DNA of 64,000 bases from Verrucomicrobiota bacterium (GCA_050011195.1 JBEKJO010000004.1:10619-74618); one strand, 5' to 3'. Positions 1 to 9,650 are shown, numbered from the stretch's first letter. Notes: generated by a model not told the origin, from the sequence alone. Program-made: numbers and translations.

Positions 1-422
1 ACGCCGTAGGGGGCCGGCTCGGTGAGATTGAGACCGTCATCGCCGGTGACCGCCTGCGGCTGCAGGTCTTCGGTGCCTGGCGTCTTCTCGGTGACAAGCT
101 GGTTCTTGAGGACCTTGTCTTCGTAGCGGCCCAGCCCTGTCTCTTCGTGCGCCTCACGGGCCAGGGCGCTGCCGTGCTCGCGCATCGCGTTGCGGATGGC
201 CGCAATGATCGTGTTGCGCTTCTGCAAGCCCATCTCGTCGAACTGGCCGAACGCGGCCCCGGCGGCGCGCACGGCTTCGTCCATGCTGTCGAAGATGCCC
301 AACTCGCCGACCAGGGACGGCCCCACGGGCCGCTCCTCGACGCCTGCGCCGCCGCGGTCCGTCAGGTCCGCCACGATGTGCTGAGCGATAACCTCAATCT
401 CTTGGTCAGTAAGGCTGGACAT
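1..422 (-). CDS. CoA-acylating aldehyde dehydrogenase, EutE/PduP family (BMC core enzyme); 3' part outside window
   Basis: Not in ORF track; manual translation from ATG 422: MSSLTDQEIEVIAQHIVADL...GIFDSMDEAVRAA...EETGLGRYEDKVLKNQLVTEKTPGTEDLQPQAVTGDDGLNLTEPAPYG, typical EutE N-terminal motifs; downstream of shell genes. Confidence 0.9.
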   Translation of the reverse strand, partial: MSSLTDQEIEVIAQHIVADLTDRGGAGVEERPVGPSLVGELGIFDSMDEAVRAAGAAFGQFDEMGLQKRNTIIAAIRNAMREHGSALAREAHEETGLGRYEDKVLKNQLVTEKTPGTEDLQPQAVTGDDGLNLTEPAPYG

Positions 423-480
423 GATGGCCGGGCACGGTGGGCATAGTTACAAGGCTACGGGTTAGGTGCAGGGAAATCAC

Positions 481-1179
481 TCATGCTCTGGTTTCCTCTG
501 GGTCTGTTAACACCAGTGAACTCAAGATGGATTCGTAAATGTGCCGCTTTGACGGCATAGCCTCTTGCGTATCGTTGGCTGTGATGAGAACCAGAACGCT
601 GCCATAACATGCGCCGACAACCAGCCACGAGCGGAACCCTGTGTCAACCGCTTGAAGAAGCTCCGCTTGCAACCCATCCCAATTGTTCTGGCTTGTGGCG
701 CGTAATGAGGAAACCACCTCGTAATTCTTGAAGACGCGCTCCATCAATCCACGCAATGCAAGTGGAGATGCGCGACCACCCTGAAAGGCCGATATCGTCA
801 CCTCACCGCTTCCCTCTGGCGGAAGCAGGTTGACGATGTTCTCGTCGCGAGAGACCCTCCAGTCTGAGGGGTGTTGAACCGTATAGAATCCGGCAGGGCT
901 CTCGTAGATCAGCATACCACCCTCCCCAACGTGGTGCATACCGAACACTCTCTTAAGTTCGTCAAAGCTCCTGAACGTCGGTGCTCCATGCTCGGCTAGG
1001 AACTGGCTGCAGGCTTCTGCTAATGCCGGGTCTGCAATATCCATCAGCGCTATGCCAGGTGACGTGCGTATGATCCTTGGAGGCACAATATCTGCGACAA
1101 CTACGTAGTCGCGCCAAGACCCTCCATTCATCGCGAAAATCTCACTCGCTCGCGTTGCCAAGTCTTGCTCTTCTGACAT
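481..1179 (-). CDS. Hypothetical protein, C-terminal half resembles DUF3805/PsbP-Mog1-like domains; AT-richer than neighbours
   Basis: ORF 481..1251; start moved to ATG 1179 (MSEEQDL) to avoid overlap with BMC-P; motif YESPAGFYTVQHPSDW...GEVTISAF. Confidence 0.6.
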   Translation of the reverse strand: MSEEQDLATRASEIFAMNGGSWRDYVVVADIVPPRIIRTSPGIALMDIADPALAEACSQFLAEHGAPTFRSFDELKRVFGMHHVGEGGMLIYESPAGFYTVQHPSDWRVSRDENIVNLLPPEGSGEVTISAFQGGRASPLALRGLMERVFKNYEVVSSLRATSQNNWDGLQAELLQAVDTGFRSWLVVGACYGSVLVLITANDTQEAMPSKRHIYESILSSLVLTDPEETRA

Positions 1180-1204
1180 AAAGGGGACGTGCCTTACTTG
1201 ATGC

Positions 1205-1495
1205 CTATTCCTTCTTGTATTTATCCACGCCGCCAATTTCCCAGCTATCAACGATGGCCATAATCACGGCGTCGCAGGGACGGTTCTGCGTGGCGACGGT
1301 CTGGCGCGCGGAACTGCCCGCCGCGATGAGGACCAGTTCGCCGGGGCCGACGCCCACCGCATCCGCCGCCACGACGTGGCCGCCGGTCTCCTTGCCTTCG
1401 GTATCCACGGTCTTGACGACCATGAACTTCAGGCCGTCCATGCTGGCTTCCTTGCGCGTGGCGACAACCGTGCCGACAACTTTGCCAAGAGTCAT
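1205..1495 (-). CDS. eutN: BMC-P vertex protein, EutN/CcmL family
   Basis: [15 protein letters not shown]...[24 protein letters not shown]...[11 protein letters not shown]. Confidence 0.95.
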   Translation of the reverse strand: MTLGKVVGTVVATRKEASMDGLKFMVVKTVDTEGKETGGHVVAADAVGVGPGELVLIAAGSSARQTVATQNRPCDAVIMAIVDSWEIGGVDKYKKE

Positions 1496-1542
1496 AAAGT
1501 TTCAATCCGCGCCCTGCCCACAGTAGCGGGGCGACGCATCCA

Positions 1543-1570
1543 CCGGGGCGGACCCTGCGGCCCGCCCCGG
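1543..1570. other. GC-rich hairpin between BMC-H and BMC-P genes (no U-tract)
   Basis: ccggggcgg-N10-ccgccccgg perfect 9-bp inverted repeat. Confidence 0.5.
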
Positions 1571-1584
1571 CGATGAAATTGGCG

Positions 1585-1881
1585 TTACTTCTTGACCGGC
1601 TTGGCGCCGCGCCCCAGCGGCAGCACGTCGTCCACCCCTGTATGCGGGCGAGGGATGACGTGGACCGCGACCATTTCGCCCACGCGGCTGGCGGCGAGCC
1701 GTCCGGCATCCGTCGCGGCCTTGACGGCGGCGACGTCGCCCCGAATGACCGCCGTGACGTAACCCCCGCCGGTCTTCTCGAAGCTGACGAGTTCAACCTT
1801 GGCGGCTTTAACCATTGCGTCCGCGCCTTCCACCATTGCGGCAAAGGACCGTGTTTCCAGCAAGCCTAATGCTTCTGCCAT
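1585..1881 (-). CDS. BMC-H hexameric shell protein (EutM/PduA-like)
   Basis: [26 protein letters not shown]...[14 protein letters not shown]...HVIPRPH. Confidence 0.96.
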   Translation of the reverse strand: MAEALGLLETRSFAAMVEGADAMVKAAKVELVSFEKTGGGYVTAVIRGDVAAVKAATDAGRLAASRVGEMVAVHVIPRPHTGVDDVLPLGRGAKPVKK

Positions 1882-1936
1882 ATTATGTGTCTCCTTACGT
1901 TGTTTGTGTTGTGAGTTGTGATCGGTTCAAAACGGG

Positions 1937-2572
1937 TCAGGCGCCGCCGCCGCCTTTCATCGCGCGGCCAGTGAGGCTGTTGATGGCGGCTTCGGCGGCT
2001 TTGGAGGCCACATCAATGTCCTTCTCCTCGCCGCCGAGGTACAAGCGGCCAAAGCTCCCAAAGGCGCGAATCTCCAGGATGTTAATCTCCGCGGTCTTCT
2101 CGGCCTCGTTCGCGGCGAACGCGGCGTAGGCGGCGGGTGCGACTTCCATCGTGAAGAGGCTCTGGCCCGGCAGGATCATGTTCCCGTGCCGGGTGCGGTT
2201 AATCAGCATCGTGTGGTGGTCGTCAATCTGGCGGATCGTGCTGTTGCTGTAGATGACCGGCTTGTAGCGGTCGTCCTCCTTCAACCCCAGCGAGTCGAGG
2301 ATGGCGGCCCCGGCGGAGCGCACGTCGGCCTGCGACTCGGAATGGATTTCCAACATGCCATAGAGGCGCTCGATGATCTGCATGCCGGGCGTGACCTTCG
2401 TGCATTTCAGCGCCACGTCGGTGACGAAGTTGATCTCCATGCCGGGGGAAATCTCGACGAACAGCGAGGCCTGCCCGGCAATGGGCAGGAAGCCCTGCGA
2501 GACCGTCGCGAAGAACGACGCCACCTGCGGTTGCAGGCTGTCCAGAAAAATGTATGAGCGTAAGTCTGCCAT
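1937..2572 (-). CDS. BMC-T tandem-domain shell protein
   Basis: LRSYIFLDSLQPQ...EISPG...IERLYGMLEIHS...AANEAEKTAEINILEIRAFGSFGRLYLGG; 211 aa, adjacent to BMC-H/P. Confidence 0.9.
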   Translation of the reverse strand: MADLRSYIFLDSLQPQVASFFATVSQGFLPIAGQASLFVEISPGMEINFVTDVALKCTKVTPGMQIIERLYGMLEIHSESQADVRSAGAAILDSLGLKEDDRYKPVIYSNSTIRQIDDHHTMLINRTRHGNMILPGQSLFTMEVAPAAYAAFAANEAEKTAEINILEIRAFGSFGRLYLGGEEKDIDVASKAAEAAINSLTGRAMKGGGGA

Positions 2573-2584
2573 GATCTTTATCCT

Positions 2585-3895
2585 CTAGTATTTTGCGCCT
2601 TCCGAACCGGCGGCCTGGCCGGCGGCCTCCTGCAAGATTTTGATGCCGCTGCTGGTGCCGATGCGCGTTGCGCCGGCCTGCACCATGCGGCGCAGATCAG
2701 CCAGCGAGCGGATGCCGCCCGAGGCCTTCACCCCAAGCTTCTTGTCGCGCACGATCCGGCTCATCAGCGCCACGTCCTCCACCGTCGCCCCGCCGGTGCT
2801 GAACCCGGTCGAGGTCTTCACAAAGTCGGCCCGGGCCTTGACGGCCAGCTCGCACGCGCGCCCCTTTTCCTCGTTGGTCAGCAGCACGGTTTCCAGGATC
2901 ACCTTGCACTTGGCGCTGCCGTCCCGGCAGGCCTCAACGACCGAGCGGATGTCCCGCAGCACCAGGCTGTCGTCGCCGCTCTTGAGCGCGCCGACGTTGA
3001 TGACCATGTCAATTTCCTTCGCCCCTTGCCGGATCGCGGCGCGGGCTTCCATCGCCTTCGTCTCCGGCGGCTGCGCCCCCAGCGGAAAGCCGACGACGCA
3101 GCAGACCTTCACGCCCGACCCCTCCAGCAGTCGCCGGGCCAGCGAGACCCACGTCGGGTTCACGCAGACCGAATAGAACTTGTGCTGGCGCGCCTCCCGG
3201 CAGAGCTGCTCGATGTCGGCCCTCGTGGTGTCCGGCCGCAAAATGGTGTGGTCAATGAGCTGCGGGATGTTCAACGGCGGCGGGGCGGGCGGGGCGGTTA
3301 TCGGTTTGCCCTGCGCGGCCAGAAGCTCCTGCACGCGCTTGGCAATCTTCTCCAGGTCCGGTTCGGCTGGGGCTGGGCGCGGTTCTCCGGCGCCGGCCAG
3401 CAGTGTCGCCTGGTGCGGCCCGACCTCGATGGGCCCTTCCTGAACGGCATTGATCAGTTGCACCCGCTTCCGATGCCGTTCCTCGACGCACTCCGCCGTC
3501 AGGAACATCTCGACGATCGGCGTCGCCTGCTCGAAATTCGTCGGCCCCGCCCCCAGCGTCAGCACGTTGGCATCGTTGTGCTCGCGGCTGTTCTTGGCCA
3601 GCGCGACGCTGTAGCAGGCCGCCGCCCGCGCCCCGCGCACCTTGTTGGCGGTCATCGCCGAACCGATGCCGGCGCCGTCAATCATGATGCCGCGGTCGCA
3701 CTGCCCGCTGGCCACCAGCCGCGCCACCGTGTAGGCGATGCGCGGGTAATCCACCGCGTCCTTGCTGTGCGTCCCGCAATCCTGGACCGCGCAACCCTTG
3801 TCACGCAACCAGCCCAGAAGCTGGTTCTTCAGCTCGAATCCACCGTGGTCCGCCCCGATGGCAATCTTCAGGTTCTTCATGGCCGAACTGTCCAT
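2585..3895 (-). CDS. deoC: Fused RpiB/LacA/LacB sugar-phosphate isomerase + deoxyribose-phosphate aldolase (DeoC)
   Basis: N: [44 protein letters not shown]; C: [48 protein letters not shown]; start may be 3880. Confidence 0.93.
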   Translation of the reverse strand: MDSSAMKNLKIAIGADHGGFELKNQLLGWLRDKGCAVQDCGTHSKDAVDYPRIAYTVARLVASGQCDRGIMIDGAGIGSAMTANKVRGARAAACYSVALAKNSREHNDANVLTLGAGPTNFEQATPIVEMFLTAECVEERHRKRVQLINAVQEGPIEVGPHQATLLAGAGEPRPAPAEPDLEKIAKRVQELLAAQGKPITAPPAPPPLNIPQLIDHTILRPDTTRADIEQLCREARQHKFYSVCVNPTWVSLARRLLEGSGVKVCCVVGFPLGAQPPETKAMEARAAIRQGAKEIDMVINVGALKSGDDSLVLRDIRSVVEACRDGSAKCKVILETVLLTNEEKGRACELAVKARADFVKTSTGFSTGGATVEDVALMSRIVRDKKLGVKASGGIRSLADLRRMVQAGATRIGTSSGIKILQEAAGQAAGSEGAKY

Positions 3896-3913
3896 GGTTC
3901 ACTCACGGGTGCG

Positions 3914-3941
3914 ACGCTATCAGGCCGCGGCATGATGTCAA
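3914..3941 (-). promoter_or_regulatory. Putative sigma70 promoter of BMC operon
   Basis: Minus strand TTGACA-N16-TAGCGT, 18 nt upstream of ATG 3895. Confidence 0.5.
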
Positions 3942-3998
3942 GGGCGGGACTTGCGGGGCGCGGGGCCGGGCGCTGCGGCCAACCAGGGCGACCCGATC

Positions 3999-4026
3999 TT
4001 GACACCCCTTGGTGGCGGTCTATAAT
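3999..4026 (+). promoter_or_regulatory. Consensus sigma70 promoter, divergent from BMC operon
   Basis: TTGACA-N16-TATAAT. Confidence 0.7.
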
Positions 4027-4099
4027 AGCCCCTATGAACTCGGTCGAGGACCAATTTTCGATGGTTTGCTCAGCGTCAAGAGACTAAATCCTTCTGCTT

Positions 4100-4525
4100 A
4101 TGCCAGACAATCCCGCACCTCCGCCAACATTGCCACCCCAACCGCCACCGCCCGTCCCGCCCGGCAACGAGAGCCAGGCTCGCACGTGGAACATGCTTTG
4201 CCACCTCAGCGCCCTGGCAGGGTATATTATCCCGTTCGGCAACGTCCTTGGGCCGCTCCTGATCTGGCAGATAAAGAAGAACGAATTCCCGTCGGTGGAG
4301 GAGCACGGCAAGGCCGCCTTGAACTTTCAACTCACCGTGCTTATTGCGCTGTTCGTCGGCGCGATGGCCGCCTTCCTGTTGTCCTTCGTTTGTATCGGCT
4401 TTCTCTTGATTCCGGTGGTCGTAGCCATTGCTCTGTGCGGACTCGTGTTCGCGATCATCGCCGGGATCAAGGCGAACAACGGGGAGGCTTACCGCTATCC
4501 GTGGAGTCTGGCCCTGGTTAAATAG
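4100..4525 (+). CDS. DUF4870-type small membrane protein
   Basis: RTWNMLCHLSAL...GPLLIW...HGKAALNFQLT...IIAGIKANNGEAYRYP. Confidence 0.85.
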   Translation: MPDNPAPPPTLPPQPPPPVPPGNESQARTWNMLCHLSALAGYIIPFGNVLGPLLIWQIKKNEFPSVEEHGKAALNFQLTVLIALFVGAMAAFLLSFVCIGFLLIPVVVAIALCGLVFAIIAGIKANNGEAYRYPWSLALVK

Positions 4526-4901
4526 GGTTGTCCCTGGCCGTGCGAGGGACCATCAGAGCCAACGCTAAAAACACCAATTCACGACCAGCATGGCCAGAAT
4601 GAGCGTGCGATACAGGCGGCGGTCGCTAATGAACTGCCTCATGGTCTTGACCGGGTGCAATTGCGCGTAAACGATAGCTTTCATACACAGGCACATTCTC
4701 AGTAACTTCGACAGACCCACTATTGCAGGGTCTATTCCTCTCAATTCTGAGAATAGGCCCATTTTGGGCCGTAAATCGGCAGGAATCCGGGATGTTTGGA
4801 ACCAGTGCTTCCGCGACGGCGCGTTGGGCGGTTGCAACCTCGGAGCAAAGGAAAAGTCGTGATGGGGGTTGCCGGATCGGAAAGATGTGCCACAGTAAGG
4901 C

Positions 4902-5378
4902 GTGTTTGCAAAAGAGCGATACGGTCCCAGAAACGTCCTCGTAGTCGAAGACAACGCGGACGATGTGGAACTGCTCCTGATCGCGTCCCGGACGGCGCCG
5001 GATACGGTCTCCTTCCACATTGTGCGCGATGCCGAACAGGCCCTTGCCTACCTGAAGGGAGAAGGCCAGTTTGCCGACCGCCAGGCCCATCCGTTTCCCG
5101 ATCTGCTCTTGCTGGACGTTTGGTTGCCAGGCATGAACGGCTTCGACCTGCTCGCCTGGATTCGCGGACACCCCGACTTCAAAACACTCCAGGTGTTTGT
5201 GTGGACAGATTCAGGTGACCGCGGAACGCTCGACCGTGCGAGCCGCGCCGGCGCGAACCGGTTTATCCCGAAGTCGGTCGCATTCGTGCGCGGCGGGTTG
5301 GCCGGGTTGATGCGCGCCATCTCGGAGGCGATCCCGCACCCCGCCGAGAAGAACAGTCTCTCAGCGAAGAACTCCTGA
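4902..5378 (+). CDS. Single-domain response regulator receiver
   Basis: VLVVEDNADD...PDLLLLDVWLPGMNGFDLL...GANRFIPK; start uncertain. Confidence 0.85.
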   Translation: MFAKERYGPRNVLVVEDNADDVELLLIASRTAPDTVSFHIVRDAEQALAYLKGEGQFADRQAHPFPDLLLLDVWLPGMNGFDLLAWIRGHPDFKTLQVFVWTDSGDRGTLDRASRAGANRFIPKSVAFVRGGLAGLMRAISEAIPHPAEKNSLSAKNS

Positions 5379-5392
5379 CCGCCGGGTCTGAT

Positions 5393-5464
5393 GGTAGGGA
5401 CGCGTTCCACCGCGTCCGTGACTCAATAGCCGAAGAGGGGGACGCGGTGGAACGCGTCCTTACC
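5393..5464. repeat. GTAG-type REP doublet between convergent genes
   Basis: ggtagggacgcgttccaccgcgtcc ... ggacgcggtggaacgcgtccttacc. Confidence 0.8.
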
Positions 5465-5472
5465 GAGCAAGT

Positions 5473-6627
5473 TCAGAGGGCGCGCTCCAGAATTCCGGCC
5501 AGTTCGTTCCGGGTCAGCGCAATCGGGTTCGCCTTCATGCTGCTGGCCTGGGAAGCCTTCTCGACCAATCCGGCCGTGTGTTCGCGCTTGAGGCCGTAAT
5601 GGCCCAGGCGCGGAATTTGCAGGTCGGCGACCAGCTTGCGCACCCACTCGACGCCGGCTTCAGCGGTCGCACTCGCATTGCCGGTCACCAGGTGCGCCAC
5701 TTCCTCGTAGCGTCGCAGCGTATCGGCCCCGGGCTGGCGTTGGCGCAGTGCGCGCAGGTTCGCTTCCATGACCTGCGGCAGCAGGGCGGCGCAGACGGCG
5801 CCGTGGGGCGCGGGGAACTGGCCGCCAATCGGTCCGGCAAAGCCATGCACTGCGCCGAGACCCGCGTTCGCCAGAGCGAGTCCGCCAAACAGGCTGGCGA
5901 CCGCCATATCGGATCGAGCGGTGGCGTTGCGGCCATCGGCGAAGGCCGCGCGCAACGAACGGGCGGCGCGGCGAATCCCTTCCACGCACAGCGCGTCGGT
6001 CATCGGGTTGGCGCGGGAGCAAACGTAAGGTTCGATGAGTTGCGTGAGCGCATCGAGTCCGGTGCTGGCGGTGCTGGCGGGCGGCAAGCCGTAAGTCAGC
6101 TCCGGGTCAACGACCGCGACTCGCGGCAGCACGAGCGGACTGCGCAGGCTCACTTTGACGTGATGCTCCGGCGAGGCGAGCACCGCGTTGCGGGTGACTT
6201 CGGAACCGGTGCCCGCCGTCGTCGGAATCGCAATAAACGGGACGGAAGGTCTGGTCAACGCCTGGCCGCGGCCAATCACTTCCAGGTAGTCCAGCAACTC
6301 GCCCGGGTTGGCGAGCATCGCGGCAATGGCTTTGCCCGCGTCCAGCGCGCTGCCGCCGCCGATGGCGATGACCACGCTGCAATTTATCCGTTTCGCGAAC
6401 GCGACCAGTGGGGGCACGGCTTCAATTGTTGGCTCGCCACGCACCGAGCAGGTGATGCTGCCCAGGCCCTGCTCACGCAGGAGGGCGAGCAAGGGTTCCG
6501 CCCGGCGCAGGTCGGAGCCTGTTACGACGAGGACACCCGGTCCAAACTCCCGGGCAAGCGGGCCAACCTCCCGCAAGGTGCCCGCGCCGAAGATAATCCG
6601 AGTCGCGGTCGCAAATTCAAATCGCAT
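5473..6627 (-). CDS. Iron-containing alcohol dehydrogenase
   Basis: MRFEFATATRIIFGAG, GGGSALDAGK, IPTTAGTGSEVT, GLDALTQLIE, GAVHGFA, PHGAVCA. Confidence 0.93.
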   Translation of the reverse strand: MRFEFATATRIIFGAGTLREVGPLAREFGPGVLVVTGSDLRRAEPLLALLREQGLGSITCSVRGEPTIEAVPPLVAFAKRINCSVVIAIGGGSALDAGKAIAAMLANPGELLDYLEVIGRGQALTRPSVPFIAIPTTAGTGSEVTRNAVLASPEHHVKVSLRSPLVLPRVAVVDPELTYGLPPASTASTGLDALTQLIEPYVCSRANPMTDALCVEGIRRAARSLRAAFADGRNATARSDMAVASLFGGLALANAGLGAVHGFAGPIGGQFPAPHGAVCAALLPQVMEANLRALRQRQPGADTLRRYEEVAHLVTGNASATAEAGVEWVRKLVADLQIPRLGHYGLKREHTAGLVEKASQASSMKANPIALTRNELAGILERAL

Positions 6628-6671
6628 GTTCAGCCCATTCCAGTTCCCGGCCTCCAGGCATGGCGCGGTTG

Positions 6672-6977
6672 TCACCAGTCCGCGTCTTCCGGGAACAGAT
6701 TCCCGAATTTCACGCTGGCGCGCGGCTCGGCCATCATGGGCGCCACGGCGTCCCGCCAGGCCTGGTAATGCTTCGTTTCCTTGTGCGCCGCCGGCGCCTC
6801 GGCGGTGCGATAAGCTTCCACGAGCACAAAGCGCGCCGGGTCATCCTGCTGCTGGACGAAGTCGAAACGGCCGATGCCCGGCTCTTGGTTGCTCTCCCGC
6901 GCATTGGCGATGGTGGCCTTCTTGAAAGCCTCGACATACTCCGGCTTCACATGAACATGGACGTGAACAACTAGCAT
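6672..6977 (-). CDS. ABM/LsrG-like putative monooxygenase or isomerase
   Basis: [13 protein letters not shown]...EPGIGRFDF...FVLVEAY...[13 protein letters not shown]; C-terminal 101 aa of ORF 6672..7943. Confidence 0.88.
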   Translation of the reverse strand: MLVVHVHVHVKPEYVEAFKKATIANARESNQEPGIGRFDFVQQQDDPARFVLVEAYRTAEAPAAHKETKHYQAWRDAVAPMMAEPRASVKFGNLFPEDADW

Positions 6978-7127
6978 AGTGTTACATAGTGTTAATCTGT
7001 TGAAGCGTTTCGACCGCTCCGGCGGCAGAGTAGCCCAACCCTCCGGCCGTTTCAATCCATCGTAATTTCTCGTCCACTTGAGACAGCCGCCGCGCTCCGG
7101 CTGTTTTGGTTTGCGAAGCCTTTTTGC

Positions 7128-8300
7128 GTGAAGGATACTTTTCCCGCTCAACTCCTGACTTTTGTGAATTCGGCGCGGCATATCGTTTGGTGGGTCTGGC
7201 TGCTGTTGGCCTGGCGCGCGAGCGCCGCGGCCCCGGCCGGCGATTGGCCGATGTTCCGGGGCGGGCCGGCGCTGGCGGGCGTCGCCGGGGGCAGTTTGCC
7301 GGAGCGGCTGGACCTGCTCTGGACCTTCAAAACGGCTGGCCCGGTCAAATCCTCCGCCGCCATCGTTCAGGACCGGGTCTTCATCGGGTCGGATGACGGC
7401 AACGTCTATGCCCTGGCGCTGGCCGACGGCAAGAAGGTCTGGGCCTTCAAAACCGGGGGCGGGGTGGAGTCTTCGCCCCTTGTATTGGAGGGCAAGGTGT
7501 TTGTGGGTTCGAGCGACGCGTTGCTCTACGCGCTCGAGGCCGGGACCGGCAAGCTGGTCTGGAAATACGAGACGGGGGACAAGATTCTCGGCGCCCCGAA
7601 CTGGGTGAAGTTGAGTGCCCAAACTTTCGTGCTGGTGGGCAGCTATGACTTTAAGCTGCATTGCGCGGAGGCCGGGACCGGCCGGAGCAACTGGGTTTAT
7701 GAGACCGGCAATTACATCAACGGGTCGCCCGCGGTCGCGAACGGCCAGGCCGTCTTCGGGGGGTGCGACGGGCTGCTGCACGTGCTCTCCCTGGCGGAGG
7801 GCAAGCCCGTGAAGGAGGTCGAGGCCGGCGCCTATATTGCCGGCTCGGCGGCGTTGGCGGACGACCGCGCCTATTTCGGCCAGTATGAAGACGAATTCCT
7901 TTGCGTGGATTTGAAGGCGGGGAAGAAGGCGTGGACGTTTCACGACCGGGATTTCCCGTACTTCTCTTCACCGGCGGTGACGCAGGAAGTCGTCGTCTTC
8001 GGTGGCCGCGACAAGCTCCTGCACTGCGTGAAGCGTGAGGATGGCCAGCCGGTGTGGAGTTTCGCCACGCGCGGCAAAGTGGACAGCTCGCCGGTGGTTT
8101 GCGCAAACAAGGTGGTCGTCGGGTCCGATGACGGGCGGCTCTACGTGGTGTCGCTGGACAGGGGCAAGGAGCTTTGGTCGTATGAAATTGGCCAGCCGAT
8201 CGAGAGTTCCCCGGCGGTGGCGCGCGCCAAAGTGGTGATCGGGTGCAATGATGGAGGGGTGTACTGTTTTGGGGGAAAGGGGACGGGTGAAGTTAAATGA
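7128..8300 (+). CDS. Secreted PQQ-like (BamB-type) beta-propeller protein
   Basis: Signal peptide, DWPMFRG, repeated SSP-V...GS-DG-LY...G--W blades; start may be slightly downstream. Confidence 0.88.
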   Translation: MKDTFPAQLLTFVNSARHIVWWVWLLLAWRASAAAPAGDWPMFRGGPALAGVAGGSLPERLDLLWTFKTAGPVKSSAAIVQDRVFIGSDDGNVYALALADGKKVWAFKTGGGVESSPLVLEGKVFVGSSDALLYALEAGTGKLVWKYETGDKILGAPNWVKLSAQTFVLVGSYDFKLHCAEAGTGRSNWVYETGNYINGSPAVANGQAVFGGCDGLLHVLSLAEGKPVKEVEAGAYIAGSAALADDRAYFGQYEDEFLCVDLKAGKKAWTFHDRDFPYFSSPAVTQEVVVFGGRDKLLHCVKREDGQPVWSFATRGKVDSSPVVCANKVVVGSDDGRLYVVSLDRGKELWSYEIGQPIESSPAVARAKVVIGCNDGGVYCFGGKGTGEVK

Positions 8301-8324
8301 GTTTAACGCATTTAACCCCTTAAC

Positions 8325-9650
8325 TTGAGAATCCTCCAACTGACCCCAGGCGCTGGCGCGATGTATTGCGGGGGTTGTCTCCGCGACAATGCGCTGGTCG
8401 CGGCGCTGCGCAAGCTGGGTCACCAGGTCGTGATGGCGCCGCTCTACCTGCCGTTGACGCTGGATGAAGAAGACCAAAGCGCCGGCACGCCGGTCTTCTT
8501 CGGCGGCATCAATGTCTTCCTCGAACAGAAGACGGCGCTGTTCCGGGGAGCGCCGGGCTGGCTGCACGACTTGCTTGCCTCGCGCCGCCTGCTGCAATGG
8601 GCGGCGGGCAAGGCGGCCAAGACCCGCGCGGCGGACTTGGGCGAGTTGACGCTTTCCATGTTGCGCGGCGAAGCTGGCAATCAAGCGCGGGAACTCGACA
8701 CGCTCATTGCGTGGCTTAAAACCCAGCCGAAGCCGGACGTGCTTTCCTTGTCCAACGCCCTGCTGATCGGCATGGCGCGCCGTCTCAAGACCGAGTTGCG
8801 CGTCCCGGTGGCGTGCGCGCTCCAAGGCGAAGATTCTTTCCTCGACGCTCTGCCCGAGAGCCATCGCGCGGCCTGCTGGCGAACGCTGGCGGAACGGGCA
8901 GCGGAAGTGGACCTGTTCATCGCGCCGAGCTGGTACTTCGGAAATCTGATGCGCGACCGGCTCGGCTTGGCCGCGCATCGCGTGCGGGTCGTCCACAATG
9001 GGATCAACCTCGACGGCTATGGGGTCGAGGGCTCGAAAGGCTCCCCCCTCTCGACCCTCGACCCTCGCCCCTCGCCCCATGTGCTGGGGTTCTTTGCGCG
9101 GATGTGCCCGGAGAAGGGGCTGGACACGCTGGTCGAAGCCTACCTCCTCTTGCGGCAACGCGGTCGGGTGGGGAACCTCAAGTTGCGCGTGGGCGGCAGT
9201 TGCGGACCGGCGGACGGGGCGTTCGTGAGTTCCTTGCGCAGGCGCTTGCAGGAAAGCGGTCTGCTCAGTGAAGTGGAATTTCATCCCAACCTTGACCGGA
9301 CGGGCAAACTGGAATTCCTGCGCTCGCTCTCCGTCTTCTCGGTGCCGGCGCTTTATGGCGAAGCCTTCGGCTTGTATGTGATCGAGGCGCTGGCCGCGGG
9401 CGTGCCGGTGGTGCAACCCCGGGTCGCGGCTTTCCCGGAGTTGATTGAGGCGACGGGCGGAGGCGTGTTGTGCGCGGCGGGCGACACGCAGGCGCTGGCG
9501 GAGGCGGTCGAAGAACTGCTCCTGAATCCCGCGCGGGCGCGGGCGCTGGGCGACGCGGGGCGGCGCGCGGTGTTCGAACGATTCAGCGCGGGAGTGATGG
9601 CGCAAGCAACGGCAGAGGCGTTTGGCGGGATTAACACGGTGATCCATTGA
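8325..9650 (+). CDS. Glycosyltransferase family 4
   Basis: VVHNGI, ARMCPEKGLD, EAFGLYVIEALAAGVPVV; TTG start. Confidence 0.9.
   Translation: MRILQLTPGAGAMYCGGCLRDNALVAALRKLGHQVVMAPLYLPLTLDEEDQSAGTPVFFGGINVFLEQKTALFRGAPGWLHDLLASRRLLQWAAGKAAKTRAADLGELTLSMLRGEAGNQARELDTLIAWLKTQPKPDVLSLSNALLIGMARRLKTELRVPVACALQGEDSFLDALPESHRAACWRTLAERAAEVDLFIAPSWYFGNLMRDRLGLAAHRVRVVHNGINLDGYGVEGSKGSPLSTLDPRPSPHVLGFFARMCPEKGLDTLVEAYLLLRQRGRVGNLKLRVGGSCGPADGAFVSSLRRRLQESGLLSEVEFHPNLDRTGKLEFLRSLSVFSVPALYGEAFGLYVIEALAAGVPVVQPRVAAFPELIEATGGGVLCAAGDTQALAEAVEELLLNPARARALGDAGRRAVFERFSAGVMAQATAEAFGGINTVIH
9021..9078. repeat. CTCGACC heptamer hairpin inserted in frame in the GT4 gene
   Basis: ggggtcgagggctcga...ctcgaccctcgaccctcgcccctcgcccc; encodes [18 protein letters not shown]. 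Confidence 0.7.

Noticed and set aside
4565-5171. Minus-strand ORFs 4565..5020 and 4626..5171
   Set aside because: Overlap the response regulator on the opposite strand and show no domain.
6978-7943. Long version of the ABM ORF (423 aa)
   Set aside because: Antisense to the PQQ-like gene; only the last 101 aa form the domain.
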